A DNA stretch of 63,967 nt, counting the filler, from a bacterium (GTDB lineage Bacteria > JACRDZ01 > JAQUKH01): assembly GCA_028719205.1 (NCBI GenBank). It is 4 parts of 4 records of this genome, joined end to end, with 100 filler letters (N's around TTAATTAATTAA, not from the genome) between each part and the next. Parts side by side here need not be neighbours in the genome. Positions count along the whole stretch, not along the records: positions 36,100 to 53,110 come from JAQUKH010000043.1; positions 53,211 to 63,967 come from JAQUKH010000052.1; 2 more parts are not named here. One strand, 5' to 3'. Below the pieces are notes generated by a model. That model saw only the letters and a list, made by a program, of their open reading frames with translations. It ran no database searches and had not been told where the DNA came from. A program made the translations under genes and the position numbers. Below are positions 46,796 to 56,067 of the stretch, piece after piece; positions within the stretch are counted from its first letter, which is position 1, and every line of letters starts with the position of its first letter.

Positions 46796-47771
46796 TTTTA
46801 TTTGTTTTTTCTTCTAATACAATACCTTCTACTTTTTCACCCATTTTTTCTAATGCTTCTTTAGCTACTTTTCGAATATAATAATCTTTTGTTGTAATTT
46901 GTGTTTTATCAGTTGTACCTTCTAGAAAATGATTATCTTTTAATAGATCTTTAAGTCTTGGAATTAATTCGCGAATGTTTAATTGACCCGCAAATTTTAC
47001 ACCTTTTCTTATATTACTTGCGTCTTCTGATTTAATTAATTCAAAGGTATATTCAATGCTTTTTTTATTTCCATAATCACGTAAAGATACCCATTTATCT
47101 TCTTTAAATACACTCTTAATTTGAACAATATTCATGATAGTTTGTTTTAAATCCTTATCTAAATTCGCCCAATTTTCATCTGTAGCTGTAGAATTTATTT
47201 TATTATTAATTTCATGTAACTTTTCATCCAATAAATCTCCGTTGGTAAGATTAATCATTAATATTTTTCCATAATCAAGTCTTATATACAAAACATCATA
47301 TTCAGGATGGAAAAATGAAATTGAATCTCCATTCCACCAATAGCTGGATACAGATTGTTGAATATGCATATAATCATCGTCTAAACCGAGCGATTCTAAA
47401 TTATGTGCTTTGATTAAATTTCCTTTGTCTGGTGAGTATATTACTATAGGCAATTTACCAATATTAGACCACTCATTTAGTGTTATTACATATCCTGAAT
47501 CTGATATTAGTGCTCCAGCAGGGGCAGTATCATTAATTAAATTTCTAGACCATACTGTTTCACGTTTCCCATTAGTTGTTTTGTATAAAATTGCTTTACA
47601 TTCACCATTATTTTTTAAATCTGTATTTGGTGTGATTTTTAAAATATATTTCCCTGCAGGTGAAGAAAACTCCTTTTCTTCTGGTTTACCCCACCAATCT
47701 GCCAATTTGATTTCTCCAATAAAGAATAAGGTAATAATTACTAAAAATATTTTTATTTTATTATTTTCCAT
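46782..47771 (-). CDS. Secreted hypothetical protein with C-terminal HEAT-like repeat (cassette)
   Basis: Signal peptide; IRKVAKEALEKMG; paralog of 48765..49478; stop codon lies inside the attC. Confidence 0.75.
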   Translation of the reverse strand: MENNKIKIFLVIITLFFIGEIKLADWWGKPEEKEFSSPAGKYILKITPNTDLKNNGECKAILYKTTNGKRETVWSRNLINDTAPAGALISDSGYVITLNEWSNIGKLPIVIYSPDKGNLIKAHNLESLGLDDDYMHIQQSVSSYWWNGDSISFFHPEYDVLYIRLDYGKILMINLTNGDLLDEKLHEINNKINSTATDENWANLDKDLKQTIMNIVQIKSVFKEDKWVSLRDYGNKKSIEYTFELIKSEDASNIRKGVKFAGQLNIRELIPRLKDLLKDNHFLEGTTDKTQITTKDYYIRKVAKEALEKMGEKVEGIVLEEKTNKNLTK

Positions 47772-47896
47772 TTTTAACGCCGAAGCTCACTGGCGGGTTA
47801 CTGCCCGTCCAGTGCAGTGATGGTATGAAAACGTGCCTACTCTAGGTTATAATATTTCTGTCACAAAACAAAATAACCTTAAAAAAGGAGGCACGT

Positions 47897-48501
47897 ATGT
47901 ATACTATCGGTTGTGATCAACACAAGAAATATTCGTATCTTGTATCAAAGGATTAGAAAGGCAATACTGTTGACTAGCTAAAATTATACCACTCAGGAAA
48001 GGAAAAGATAAGAGATTATTTTAAGTCGGTACCAAAAGATTCAGTTGTAGTTTTAGAGAGCTGTGGTTTTGATCACTGGCTGGGAGATATGGTTGAAGAA
48101 ATAGGGTTGACAGTTAAATTGGCACATACCGCAAAAACAAAAGCAATAGCCGAAGAGAAAATAAAAACTGATAAGATAAGTGCAAACGTTTTGGCGGATC
48201 TATTGAGAGCAAATATGCTGCCTGAGGCTTATCGCGCGCCTCGTGAAACAAGAGATGCCCGGGCAATGATGCGATACCGGCTAAGATTAATTTCAATAAG
48301 GACCAATTTGAAGAATAAAATTCATTCAACCATTGATTATATTTACGAACAGCTTTTGTGGAAGCCGCGCATACTGCTATGAAAAATGATTCGTATTTGA
48401 AAAATCATTTCGATAAAATATGTAATAAAAAAGGGTATGGAGTTGCGATAGTAGCGGTTGCACATAAGCTTGTAAAACTGGAATGCTCTATATTTAAATG
48501 A
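47897..48501 (+). pseudogene. IS110-family transposase pseudogene
   Basis: MYTIGCDQHKKYS..., two in-frame TAG, KTDKISA, internal deletion/frameshift, then YLRTAFVEAA...AIVAVAHKL. Confidence 0.88.
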
Positions 48502-48502
48502 A

Positions 48503-48640
48503 TTGTGAATAGTGCCGTTCTGTTGATAATAAAATCTTATCAACAGAACTTGGATAACTACTTCGTAGTTACCCACACTTTTCACAATATGATTATTGAT
48601 ATCACTTCCTGAAAGGGCGTATAGGTTATTTTTTGCTTGA
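48503..48640 (+). ncRNA. Candidate seek/bridge RNA region of the IS1111-type element
   Basis: 3' non-coding end with outer stem TTGTGAA/TTCACAA enclosing GTTCTGTTGATAA/TTATCAACAGAAC and TAACTAC-TTC-GTAGTTA hairpins; function inferred from position. Confidence 0.45.
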
Positions 48641-48764
48641 CAGGAGATACGTTTCCATGGACGACTGGTTAAAAATTATTTAGATTTAGTTGTTTTTATT
48701 TCTTTCAATACATTCTGTAATACTTTTAACATTTTTTCGGCTTCTTTTCGTATTTCCGATTCGC

Positions 48765-49478
48765 TTATTTGTTATATTCTGTGTTAGGCCTATAGGTAGT
48801 ATCTTCTTCCATTATAACGGCGTCCACTTTTTCCCCCATAGATTCCAAAGCCTGTTTAGCTGCCTGTCGAATGGTAAATATTATGAAAGCTTTATCGTTT
48901 TCAAGATGTACTCTAATGGAATTAGTATTACCTGAAAGTAACTTTTTTAAATCTGGAATTGTTTCTTTTAACTTTAATTGGCCACAAATTATTGCTCCTG
49001 CTTCTTTATCAGAAGGTTTTTGAGATTTTATCAACATTTGCGCAAGTTCAATTATTCTTTTTTCAATAAATAACTTCTCCGCTTCAGAAATCTCTTTAAG
49101 AATTTTACCGGTATAGAGATTAATTAATATTAAATTGCCATCTTTGAGTCTAATGATAACAATATTTTCATCTTTGTTAAAAAACATTATGGCGTTTTCG
49201 TACCAATAATTACCTCCATCAAGTACATAGGGTAAATTTTTAATATCTATTGATGGTAATTCTTCAAGTTTAAAAGAAAATAAATCGCTTTTATTTCTAT
49301 CTTTTATGATAATAGCTTTTTCTTTTTTTTCAACACATGTTTGTATCTCTACAGTAAATAAACTATTACTTGTAGTAATAGTTTCATTAGGAATAGGCCA
49401 TGATGCATAAATATACGAGGATAAAAATATTAACAATATAAAGATGTTTAGATAAAATATTATGAGTTGTTTTTTCAT
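48765..49478 (-). CDS. Secreted hypothetical protein with HEAT-like repeat (cassette); possible C-terminal frameshift
   Basis: IRQAAKQALESMGEKV; a shifted frame continues QISESEIRKEAEK...TKSK* to 48676, next to R''. Confidence 0.75.
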   Translation of the reverse strand: MKKQLIIFYLNIFILLIFLSSYIYASWPIPNETITTSNSLFTVEIQTCVEKKEKAIIIKDRNKSDLFSFKLEELPSIDIKNLPYVLDGGNYWYENAIMFFNKDENIVIIRLKDGNLILINLYTGKILKEISEAEKLFIEKRIIELAQMLIKSQKPSDKEAGAIICGQLKLKETIPDLKKLLSGNTNSIRVHLENDKAFIIFTIRQAAKQALESMGEKVDAVIMEEDTTYRPNTEYNK

Positions 49479-49485
49479 TATTTTG

Positions 49486-49568
49486 TTTTAACGTGGAAGC
49501 TCACCGGTTTTTAACAGACGGCATTTTTTTGCCGGCTGTTAAAAATCCGGTGCAGCACTTTGTTAAAA
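49486..49568 (-). other. attC site
   Basis: TTTTAAC-AAAGT-GCTGCACC...GGTGAGC-TTCCAC-GTTAAAA. Confidence 0.88.
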
Positions 49569-49668
49569 GCTTTTATTTGCTTTTTTAATTCTGTAATTTT
49601 TATCTGTTAGTCTTCAAAATTCCGTCAAGCAATTTTAGAACCATTTGTAAGTAATCTTAAAATTACAA

Positions 49669-49926
49669 TTACCACCGAGCTACCCATGCGAGAAATGTAA
49701 AAACTAAAAAAATTATCCCCCATAAAAGTGACGCAATACTTGGAATAATCGCATCTTTTCCCTCGTAATATCCATTCTGAGAGGAAAAAAATGAGGGACG
49801 CTGTCGTGGCCTAACAAAATAAATCTTTCGCCTTATAATTCCTTTAATTCCATTAAATAACATAATAAGCGCTATCAAAGAAGAACTTAGCATAAAAATA
49901 ATTTGGGATATTTTGTATAAGTTCAT
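49669..49926 (-). CDS. Small 2-TM hypothetical protein (cassette)
   Basis: ATG directly after R' GTTAAAA; two hydrophobic segments. Confidence 0.7.
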   Translation of the reverse strand: MNLYKISQIIFMLSSSLIALIMLFNGIKGIIRRKIYFVRPRQRPSFFSSQNGYYEGKDAIIPSIASLLWGIIFLVFTFLAWVARW

Positions 49927-49927
49927 T

Positions 49928-49988
49928 TTTTAACGTCCGAAACTCAGAGGCGGGCTACTGCCCGTCCTCTGCAGTGCACTTGTTAAAA
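49928..49988 (-). other. attC site
   Basis: TTTTAAC-AAGTGC-ACTGCAGA-GGACGGGCAGTAGCCCGCC-TCTGAGT-TTCGGAC-GTTAAAA. Confidence 0.85.
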
Positions 49989-50022
49989 TCTTGATTATCC
50001 ATAATTGAACGGCCAAATTTCA

Positions 50023-50295
50023 TTAAGCTGCTTTTTTTAGATGTTTCTCGGCCAAATATAAATCTCTGGTAATTTGCAAATTCATCCAAAATTCAGAGGA
50101 TGTATTCAATGCTCTACTTAATAAAATTGCGGTTTCTGCTGTCATGTCTCTTTTCCCATTTATTAAAGTATTTATCCTTTGAATAGGGACTCCCATTTTT
50201 TCTGAAAGTGCTGTCTGTTTTAATCCTAATGGTTTTAGAAATTCATGCAATAATACTTCTCCAGGATGTACTGGTATTCGATTTTTTGGAATCAT
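50023..50295 (-). CDS. higA: HigA antitoxin
   Basis: PVHPGEVL..EFLKPLG, NGKR..TAETA..L, FWMNLQ; start after GGGAG. Confidence 0.93.
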   Translation of the reverse strand: MIPKNRIPVHPGEVLLHEFLKPLGLKQTALSEKMGVPIQRINTLINGKRDMTAETAILLSRALNTSSEFWMNLQITRDLYLAEKHLKKAA

Positions 50296-50308
50296 ATATT
50301 CACTCCCT

Positions 50309-50602
50309 TTATTTATGGTAATCAATTATTTGAACTGAACTGGCATTGCCATCTGACCATATAAAAATAATTCTATATTGATCATTAAGTCTAATACTAT
50401 GATAACCTGAAATATTACCTTTTAATTTCTCCAACCTATTTGCTGGGGGACTTGTTAAATCTTTAAGTTCTTTCGCTGCATTCAACATATCTAGTTTGCG
50501 GCAAGCAGCTTTCCATATTATCTTATTTACTTTTCTTGCCAATTTTGTATCATTTCCATTATAAATATCTTCAGTTATTTTATCTTTAAATGATTTTATC
50601 AT
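50309..50602 (-). CDS. higB: HigB (RelE-family) toxin
   Basis: MIKSFKDK.TE, PPANRLEKLKG, HSIRLNDQYRI.F.W, IIDYH. Confidence 0.93.
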   Translation of the reverse strand: MIKSFKDKITEDIYNGNDTKLARKVNKIIWKAACRKLDMLNAAKELKDLTSPPANRLEKLKGNISGYHSIRLNDQYRIIFIWSDGNASSVQIIDYHK

Positions 50603-50659
50603 AAGTAGAATAATATTAACATATTAACGTATAGTGTGCAAGCATTAATTATATTATTA

Positions 50660-50719
50660 TTTTAACGACAGAAATCAGAGGCGGGCTACTGACCGTCCTC
50701 TGGATTGCTATTGTTAAAT
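50660..50719 (-). other. attC site
   Basis: ATTTAAC-AATAGC-AATCCAGA-GGACGGTCAGTAGCCCGCC-TCTGATT-TCTGTC-GTTAAAA. Confidence 0.85.
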
Positions 50720-50817
50720 TCTTAATTATTCTATATCTTTTCTTTTTGTTTGTCGATCAAATAAAGTGGGGGGCGTTATGCGCTATTAGTTCTGCCTTCC
50801 CTAAATTCCTTCCATCC

Positions 50818-51153
50818 CTATCTCTTCAGAAATACCATTACTACCAAAAATATTACCATGACAATCAGCAGGATGAGATACATTCTTGCAAAGCTACGGT
50901 TTTCAGCCGAAATGGGTTTTGCATTTTGTGCGAAAATAAACTCTGAAGGCACTTCCGCAATCTGTTGCAATGCGTTATCTGCGTTCTTTGAAGAAACGAA
51001 CAGCAAATAGGTACGCCATGGAATCCTGCCACCACCCACGTTTTCCTCGATGCGAAAAGGAATGCCCGATGACTTGAGAAGAGCTATCGCTCTTGCAAAA
51101 GCCTCTGGTTCACTAGATTTAAAAATAGCAATTTCTTGGTTTTGCGTATTCAT
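50818..51153 (-). CDS. DUF2007-like protein with C-terminal TM (cassette-like)
   Basis: AIALLKSSGIPF ... LFV....DNA; hydrophobic C-terminus. Confidence 0.65.
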   Translation of the reverse strand: MNTQNQEIAIFKSSEPEAFARAIALLKSSGIPFRIEENVGGGRIPWRTYLLFVSSKNADNALQQIAEVPSEFIFAQNAKPISAENRSFARMYLILLIVMVIFLVVMVFLKR

Positions 51154-51235
51154 ATCTTTTGTGTCGAACGTTAAATGTTTTGATACTCCAAAGTTTGAAT
51201 TTCCTTATCTATTATTTCTTTATTTGTAATTGATT

Positions 51236-51577
51236 TTACTCAATATTTAATTTACTTACACTATATATTATAAATTTATCTTTTAATCCTTGTGGAAGAT
51301 TATCAAACTTTTTATATTTATTATAGAAATATAAGTTATTAAAAATTAATGATATTAAAAATAATTCTAATAATATGCCTATTGCCGACAATCTTAGTAA
51401 TGTTTGGGTTTCTATGTGGAATTGAAATAGCGGTTCTAACCGATAGAAATCAAAAAACCAAACAAATGGTATGGGACTTAATAAAACCCCTGATATTATT
51501 TTTAAGTTTCTTTTATATGTTATATCATTTTTATATGCAAATATTAATAACCTGTAATGGTATTTTAGGTTTGTCAT
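51236..51577 (-). CDS. Small 2-TM hypothetical protein (cassette)
   Basis: Very AT-rich; preceded by R' GTTATAA at 51596-51602. Confidence 0.6.
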   Translation of the reverse strand: MTNLKYHYRLLIFAYKNDITYKRNLKIISGVLLSPIPFVWFFDFYRLEPLFQFHIETQTLLRLSAIGILLELFLISLIFNNLYFYNKYKKFDNLPQGLKDKFIIYSVSKLNIE

Positions 51578-51602
51578 TTTCTTAATTTATTTTTCTTATA
51601 AC

Positions 51603-53110
51603 GAAGCTGTCGAAAAACTCTGATTTTAGAATTTTCTTCAGCCTTAAATTTAATTTTTATTTAAAACGTAAAATCTTCCGGTTATTTTATAAATATTTTT
51701 TATTTTATCTTCAAATGGTGCTTTAATTAACTTATTCTTCTCGTTTATCACTTTACTTTAAGCAAAATCCATTCCGTACCTGTATATTTTACCAATATTA
51801 TGGATAATTGCGAACAATTTCCATTGGATATTTATTTTTGGTTTTCCTCTTAAGGTGAATTTGGTTAACCCCAGATTGTTTTTTATGTTCCCAAAAACGG
51901 GTTCGATTATTCCCATTCGTTTGCTATAAATATACCTTCCGGCTACTGAATCAATTTTCTTTTTCATTTTTTCTAATAAACTATCTTTCGCTCCTTCATG
52001 ATCATAAAATATGTGCACTTGTCTTGAAATAGTATTGGGATTCCTTAGACATTTTGCTCTTAATTCGCAAACGCGACAGGCTGTTTTTTTTGCTCTATAA
52101 GCAATTGCTTTTCTGCCAAAACGTTCAAAGTTTCTATTACATATATACATCGCAGAACCGGAAGGGCATATCAGTTTTTGCTTTTCTTTGTCATATGTAA
52201 AATCTTTTGGCATAAAATATTTATTTGTTTTATTGGCTTTATACCGGTCTACCGGGTATTTATGCATTTCTGCCGTCTCAAAACGCGGGTCTCTTTTCCG
52301 AAATCTATAATCCGGTATATACGCGTCCAATCCTTTTTCATAAAGCATATGAATATTTTCTTTGCTATGGTATCCGCTGTCAGTAATTATTTTCCCTTCC
52401 TTTAAATAGTCTTCGTCTTTTCCGATCGCTTTAATATTTTCTTCAGTGTTATCCAGTACATCCTTTAACAGCTTTTGTTCAGAACCTTCGCCGTATGCTT
52501 CGGCATTTATTATCACCTGATGTTTTTTATCAGCCACCGCTATTCCATTATAGCCTTGTATTACTCCGTGAGATGAAGGCATCTTCGCGCTTTCGTTATC
52601 TGTTATGTTACTCTTTCTTATATTGCCTTTAGCACCTGGCTTATCTTCATTTTCATTGATCCATTTTGTGATCTTTTCTATTTTATTCTTCAGTTTTATT
52701 ATGCGTTTGCCTCTGTTATCATCATCTGATTCATTAATATCTTCTTTATCTTTTTCCTTGTGCTGGCTCATAAGATGTTTTACCGTTTTTTCTATCTTTT
52801 CTTTTTTCTTAATAAAATCCGCTCTTGTTCCGCTCCATTCCTTTGACGCGTTTGAGGGTAATTTACACCCGTCTATAGCAAACATTGTTCCGCCGATTAA
52901 TCCCATTTCTTCGCACATCATCAGGATATTAATGAATATAGATGTTATCTCTTTCTCCATTGATGATATAAATGCCGCGATCGTTGAATGATCCGGATGG
53001 CTGTCAGCCGATATTGCTATAAATACCACATTTTCATTGCATAAATCTTCTATCTTTCTGGAACTGGTTATTCCTCTTGAATAGGCTAGCAATACTATCT
53101 TTAACAATAT
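51603..53110 (-). mobile_element. IS1182-family element (left end missing at contig break)
   Basis: Terminal repeat-like GAAGCTGTCGAAAAACTC at 51603-51620 downstream of the transposase. Confidence 0.8.
51758..53110 (-). CDS. IS1182-family transposase, 5'-partial
   Basis: YSRGITSSRKIE, PDHSTIA.F, AIDG, TDNESAKM, QGYN, TDSGY, KRMGIIEPVFGNIK. Confidence 0.92.
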   Translation of the reverse strand: MLLKIVLLAYSRGITSSRKIEDLCNENVVFIAISADSHPDHSTIAAFISSMEKEITSIFINILMMCEEMGLIGGTMFAIDGCKLPSNASKEWSGTRADFIKKKEKIEKTVKHLMSQHKEKDKEDINESDDDNRGKRIIKLKNKIEKITKWINENEDKPGAKGNIRKSNITDNESAKMPSSHGVIQGYNGIAVADKKHQVIINAEAYGEGSEQKLLKDVLDNTEENIKAIGKDEDYLKEGKIITDSGYHSKENIHMLYEKGLDAYIPDYRFRKRDPRFETAEMHKYPVDRYKANKTNKYFMPKDFTYDKEKQKLICPSGSAMYICNRNFERFGRKAIAYRAKKTACRVCELRAKCLRNPNTISRQVHIFYDHEGAKDSLLEKMKKKIDSVAGRYIYSKRMGIIEPVFGNIKNNLGLTKFTLRGKPKINIQWKLFAIIHNIGKIYRYGMDFA

Positions 53111-53210
53111 NNNNNNNNNNNNNNNNNNNNNNNNNNNNNNNNNNNNNNNNNNNNTTAATTAATTAANNNNNNNNNNNNNNNNNNNNNNNNNNNNNNNNNN
53201 NNNNNNNNNN
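53111..53210. other. Artificial contig-join spacer
   Basis: N run-TTAATTAATTAA-N run. Confidence 0.98.
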
Positions 53211-53285
53211 CGCGATAGCAATTAAAACCGCAAAAACAAGGCCCATAACGCCTAAACCTATAACCGCACTTAAAAAAGAATCCAA
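53211..53285 (-). CDS. rnfB: RnfB N-terminal TM segment (truncated by contig end)
   Basis: TTG start after GGGAG; MDSFLSAVIGLGVMGLVFAVLIAIA; follows rnfA. Confidence 0.7.
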
Positions 53286-53299
53286 TTAAAACTCCCTTC

Positions 53300-53893
53300 T
53301 TACAATCCAAACAAATGGCTGAATCCTAACAACGCCAGCGACATTAAACTCGCGGTAAAAAAGGCGATAGGATATCCTAAAAAATATTTAGGGATCGGAG
53401 CGGTACGCATCCGTTCTCTCAGAGTTGATAACAAAACTATTGATAACGTGTACCCGCATGATACGCCTAAACTATATACAACATTTTTAACAAAACTCAA
53501 TTTATAATCGATCCCCAGAAAAGCAGCCGCTAATACGGCGCAATTAGTGGTGATTAAAGGAAGGTATATCCCTAAACTCCTGTATAAAACAGGCAGATTC
53601 TTTCTAATATACATTTCCTCGAGCTGGACAAGTGTAGCGATAACCAATATAAAAACAGTAGTCCTTAAGAACAAAAGGTTGAAAGGTTCAAGAAAATAAT
53701 GAAAGAAGATCCATGTCACGCTTGAGGACATGATCATTACGAATATAACAGCCATCCCCATTCCAAGGGCGGTTTCAGTTTCATTTGACAGCCCGAAAAA
53801 AGAACAAAGCGCGATAAAACGGATAAGTAAAATGTTATTGATAATACAGGCACTCAGAAAAATCATAAAAAGATTCATATCATTAGAGATCAT
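53300..53893 (-). CDS. rnfA: Rnf complex subunit A
   Basis: LGIYLPLITTNCAVL. Confidence 0.93.
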   Translation of the reverse strand: MISNDMNLFMIFLSACIINNILLIRFIALCSFFGLSNETETALGMGMAVIFVMIMSSSVTWIFFHYFLEPFNLLFLRTTVFILVIATLVQLEEMYIRKNLPVLYRSLGIYLPLITTNCAVLAAAFLGIDYKLSFVKNVVYSLGVSCGYTLSIVLLSTLRERMRTAPIPKYFLGYPIAFFTASLMSLALLGFSHLFGL

Positions 53894-54504
53894 GAACGCT
53901 CCTTCCTTGCATTAAGCCATTTTTTGAAAGCGAATAAAGAACCCATAACTAAAAACGCGCCCGGAGGCATTATCATAATTAAAGCGGGCCTATAGCTGTC
54001 TCCCAAATAAAGCAGTTGATGATTAAGTAATGTTAACGTACCGTTACCAGATATTTCCCTGACTATACCAATAAAAGTTATGACCAGCATATACCCAATG
54101 CTCATTCCCAAACCATCCGCTAATGAGTTCATTACTGTATTTTTATAAGCATAGGCTTCAGCCCTGCCGAGAATAATACAATTTACCACGATCAGCGGGA
54201 CAAATACCCCGAGATTTTTATAAAGCTCAGGTTGGAACGCATTCATTGAATAATCAATAATAGTAACAAAAGTTGAAATAACGATTATAAAAAGAGGAAT
54301 ACGCAGATCATTCGGCACCCATTTCCTTATAAAGGAGATAAAAATATTGGAAAAAATAAGAACAAACGCTAAAGCCAAACTCATTCCAAACGCGTCATTA
54401 GCTGAACCGGAAACAGCCAGAGTCGGGCACAATCCCAGAATTATAACCAGAAGAGGATTTTCTTTCCAAATACCGTTTGTGAACGCGTTCCAGAATTCTT
54501 TCAT
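53890..54504 (-). CDS. rnfE: Rnf complex subunit E
   Basis: LGLCPTLAV, PLIVVNCIILGRAE, PPGAF. Confidence 0.95.
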   Translation of the reverse strand: MKEFWNAFTNGIWKENPLLVIILGLCPTLAVSGSANDAFGMSLALAFVLIFSNIFISFIRKWVPNDLRIPLFIIVISTFVTIIDYSMNAFQPELYKNLGVFVPLIVVNCIILGRAEAYAYKNTVMNSLADGLGMSIGYMLVITFIGIVREISGNGTLTLLNHQLLYLGDSYRPALIMIMPPGAFLVMGSLFAFKKWLNARKERS

Positions 54505-55064
54505 ATTTTTTCCATTATTTGTTTTTTATATGAAACTATACCATCTCTAACCGCCCTTACCACTGCCTGAGAAGAAATTGTCGCCGCGGTTATCGCGTCA
54601 ATTTTTCCGTCATCTTTTTTCAATCTTAATTCAGTTTCGTCTTTCCCGCTGAACTGTTCCTGAAATTTCCGGGTTGTGATCTTCAGCCCTAATCCGGGCG
54701 TTTCTCCCTGATCAAGTTTAGAAATAGCTATACCGTTCACTTTGCCGTCGGGATTAATTCCAATTGTTATATTTATCGGCCCGTTATATCCCCGGCTTTC
54801 TACATTTAAAACTGCTCCGACATATTCTCCATTTCCATTATATCCAAGAAAATATTTATTTCCGTCAATTATTTTTTCCTGAAAACGTTCTTCTAAAGCC
54901 AAAGGCAAAACCTGCTGCCTTTTCCTGTTTTCTTCGGCAAGCCTGTTGATCTCAATTTGTTTCATAGTAACCGTGTTTACCCAGGATAGCAATCCAGCCC
55001 CTACAATACAAAACCCAAATAAAAGCAGGCCGAACTTTATAGTTTTACGCGTAAATTCATTCAT
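54501..55064 (-). CDS. rnfG: Rnf complex subunit G
   Basis: GY.G.I, ETPGLG, DAITAATISS. Confidence 0.93.
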   Translation of the reverse strand: MNEFTRKTIKFGLLLFGFCIVGAGLLSWVNTVTMKQIEINRLAEENRKRQQVLPLALEERFQEKIIDGNKYFLGYNGNGEYVGAVLNVESRGYNGPINITIGINPDGKVNGIAISKLDQGETPGLGLKITTRKFQEQFSGKDETELRLKKDDGKIDAITAATISSQAVVRAVRDGIVSYKKQIMEKI

Positions 55065-55080
55065 AATATTTTAAATGTCC

Positions 55081-56037
55081 TTAATGCCCGAAAGTCTTTG
55101 GCACTGTAAATTTATCGATAGTTGGAACCATTATGTTCATTATCAAAATTGAATAACATACCCCTTCAGGATATCCGCCATAAAATCTTATTAGAACCAC
55201 CAATAATCCGCTGAAAATTCCAAAGATCAACCTGCCAAGCGGTGTAACCGGCGAGGTTACATAATCCGTGGCCATAAAAAACGCTCCCAGGAATACCCCT
55301 CCCGTGAAAATATTAAAAAGCGGGTCTCTTCCTAAAATAAAAGACATTACAAGGACCGTCCCGATAAAAGTAAAAGGAATTCTCCAGTCAATTACTTTTC
55401 TGAACAATAAATATATGCCGCCTAACAGGATAGCCAGGCATGAAGTCTCTCCAATTGCCCCCCCCCGCATACCCAAAATCAAATTAAACCATACTTCTTT
55501 ATTGCTGAGTGATGTTTCTAATCCTTTATACGCAAATCCTTTGATCACTGTTAAAGGAGTAGCGGAAGCAACTGTATCAATTGCCCCGAAAAACGACATT
55601 TGTGGTTTAATAAAATAAGTCATAGCGGCAGGCCATGATGCCAGAAGTATCGCGCGGCTCGCCAGCGCGGGATTAAAAATATTATAACCCAGGCCGCCGA
55701 AAAGATTCTTAACTATAACGATCGCGGCAACAGCTCCGATCCCGGCGATCCATAAAGGGATACTTGGAGGCAGGCAATATGCCAGAAGGATACCTGTCAC
55801 AACCGCGCTCAAGTCATCTACGGTATTCTTTACACCCACTATTTTCTGAATAACCCACTCACTTATAACCGCCATAATTACACATGTTAAGATCACATAT
55901 AAACTATGTATCCCAAAAATATATACACCGGCTATTCCCGCGGGAATAAGCGCGATAATCACATCCAGCATTATTTTCTGCACATTCGCTTTATCTTTAA
56001 TATGAGGCGAAACAGAAACATCTAATTGTTGTTCCAT
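55081..56037 (-). CDS. rnfD: Rnf complex subunit D
   Basis: SPHI, FGGLG.NIFNPAL, SATPL, FFMATDYVTSP. Confidence 0.95.
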   Translation of the reverse strand: MEQQLDVSVSPHIKDKANVQKIMLDVIIALIPAGIAGVYIFGIHSLYVILTCVIMAVISEWVIQKIVGVKNTVDDLSAVVTGILLAYCLPPSIPLWIAGIGAVAAIVIVKNLFGGLGYNIFNPALASRAILLASWPAAMTYFIKPQMSFFGAIDTVASATPLTVIKGFAYKGLETSLSNKEVWFNLILGMRGGAIGETSCLAILLGGIYLLFRKVIDWRIPFTFIGTVLVMSFILGRDPLFNIFTGGVFLGAFFMATDYVTSPVTPLGRLIFGIFSGLLVVLIRFYGGYPEGVCYSILIMNIMVPTIDKFTVPKTFGH

Positions 56038-56067
56038 TAAGAGATCTCCAAATTTCGTAAAAAGTCT

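Larger units (their letters stand above)
47821..48664 (+). mobile_element. Defective IS110-family (IS1111-type) element inserted in attC
   Basis: Sub-terminal IRs ATGAAAACGT (47825) / ACGTTTCCAT (48649); GA core at both junctions; long 3' non-coding end. Confidence 0.85.
47772..48674 (-). other. attC site split by an IS1111-type insertion
   Basis: Reconstituted site: TTTTAAC-CAGTC-ACTGCACT-GGACGGGCAGTAACCCGCC-AGTGAGC-TTCGGC-GTTAAAA. Confidence 0.85.

Noticed and set aside
47897-48088. Two in-frame TAG codons as pyrrolysine or stop-codon recoding
   Set aside because: The same gene has an internal deletion/frameshift, and TAG ends other genes in the window (e.g. pycTM). Simple decay is more likely.
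45363-53110. Complete integron or prophage
   Set aside because: No tyrosine recombinase, attI or phage structural gene is present in the window.
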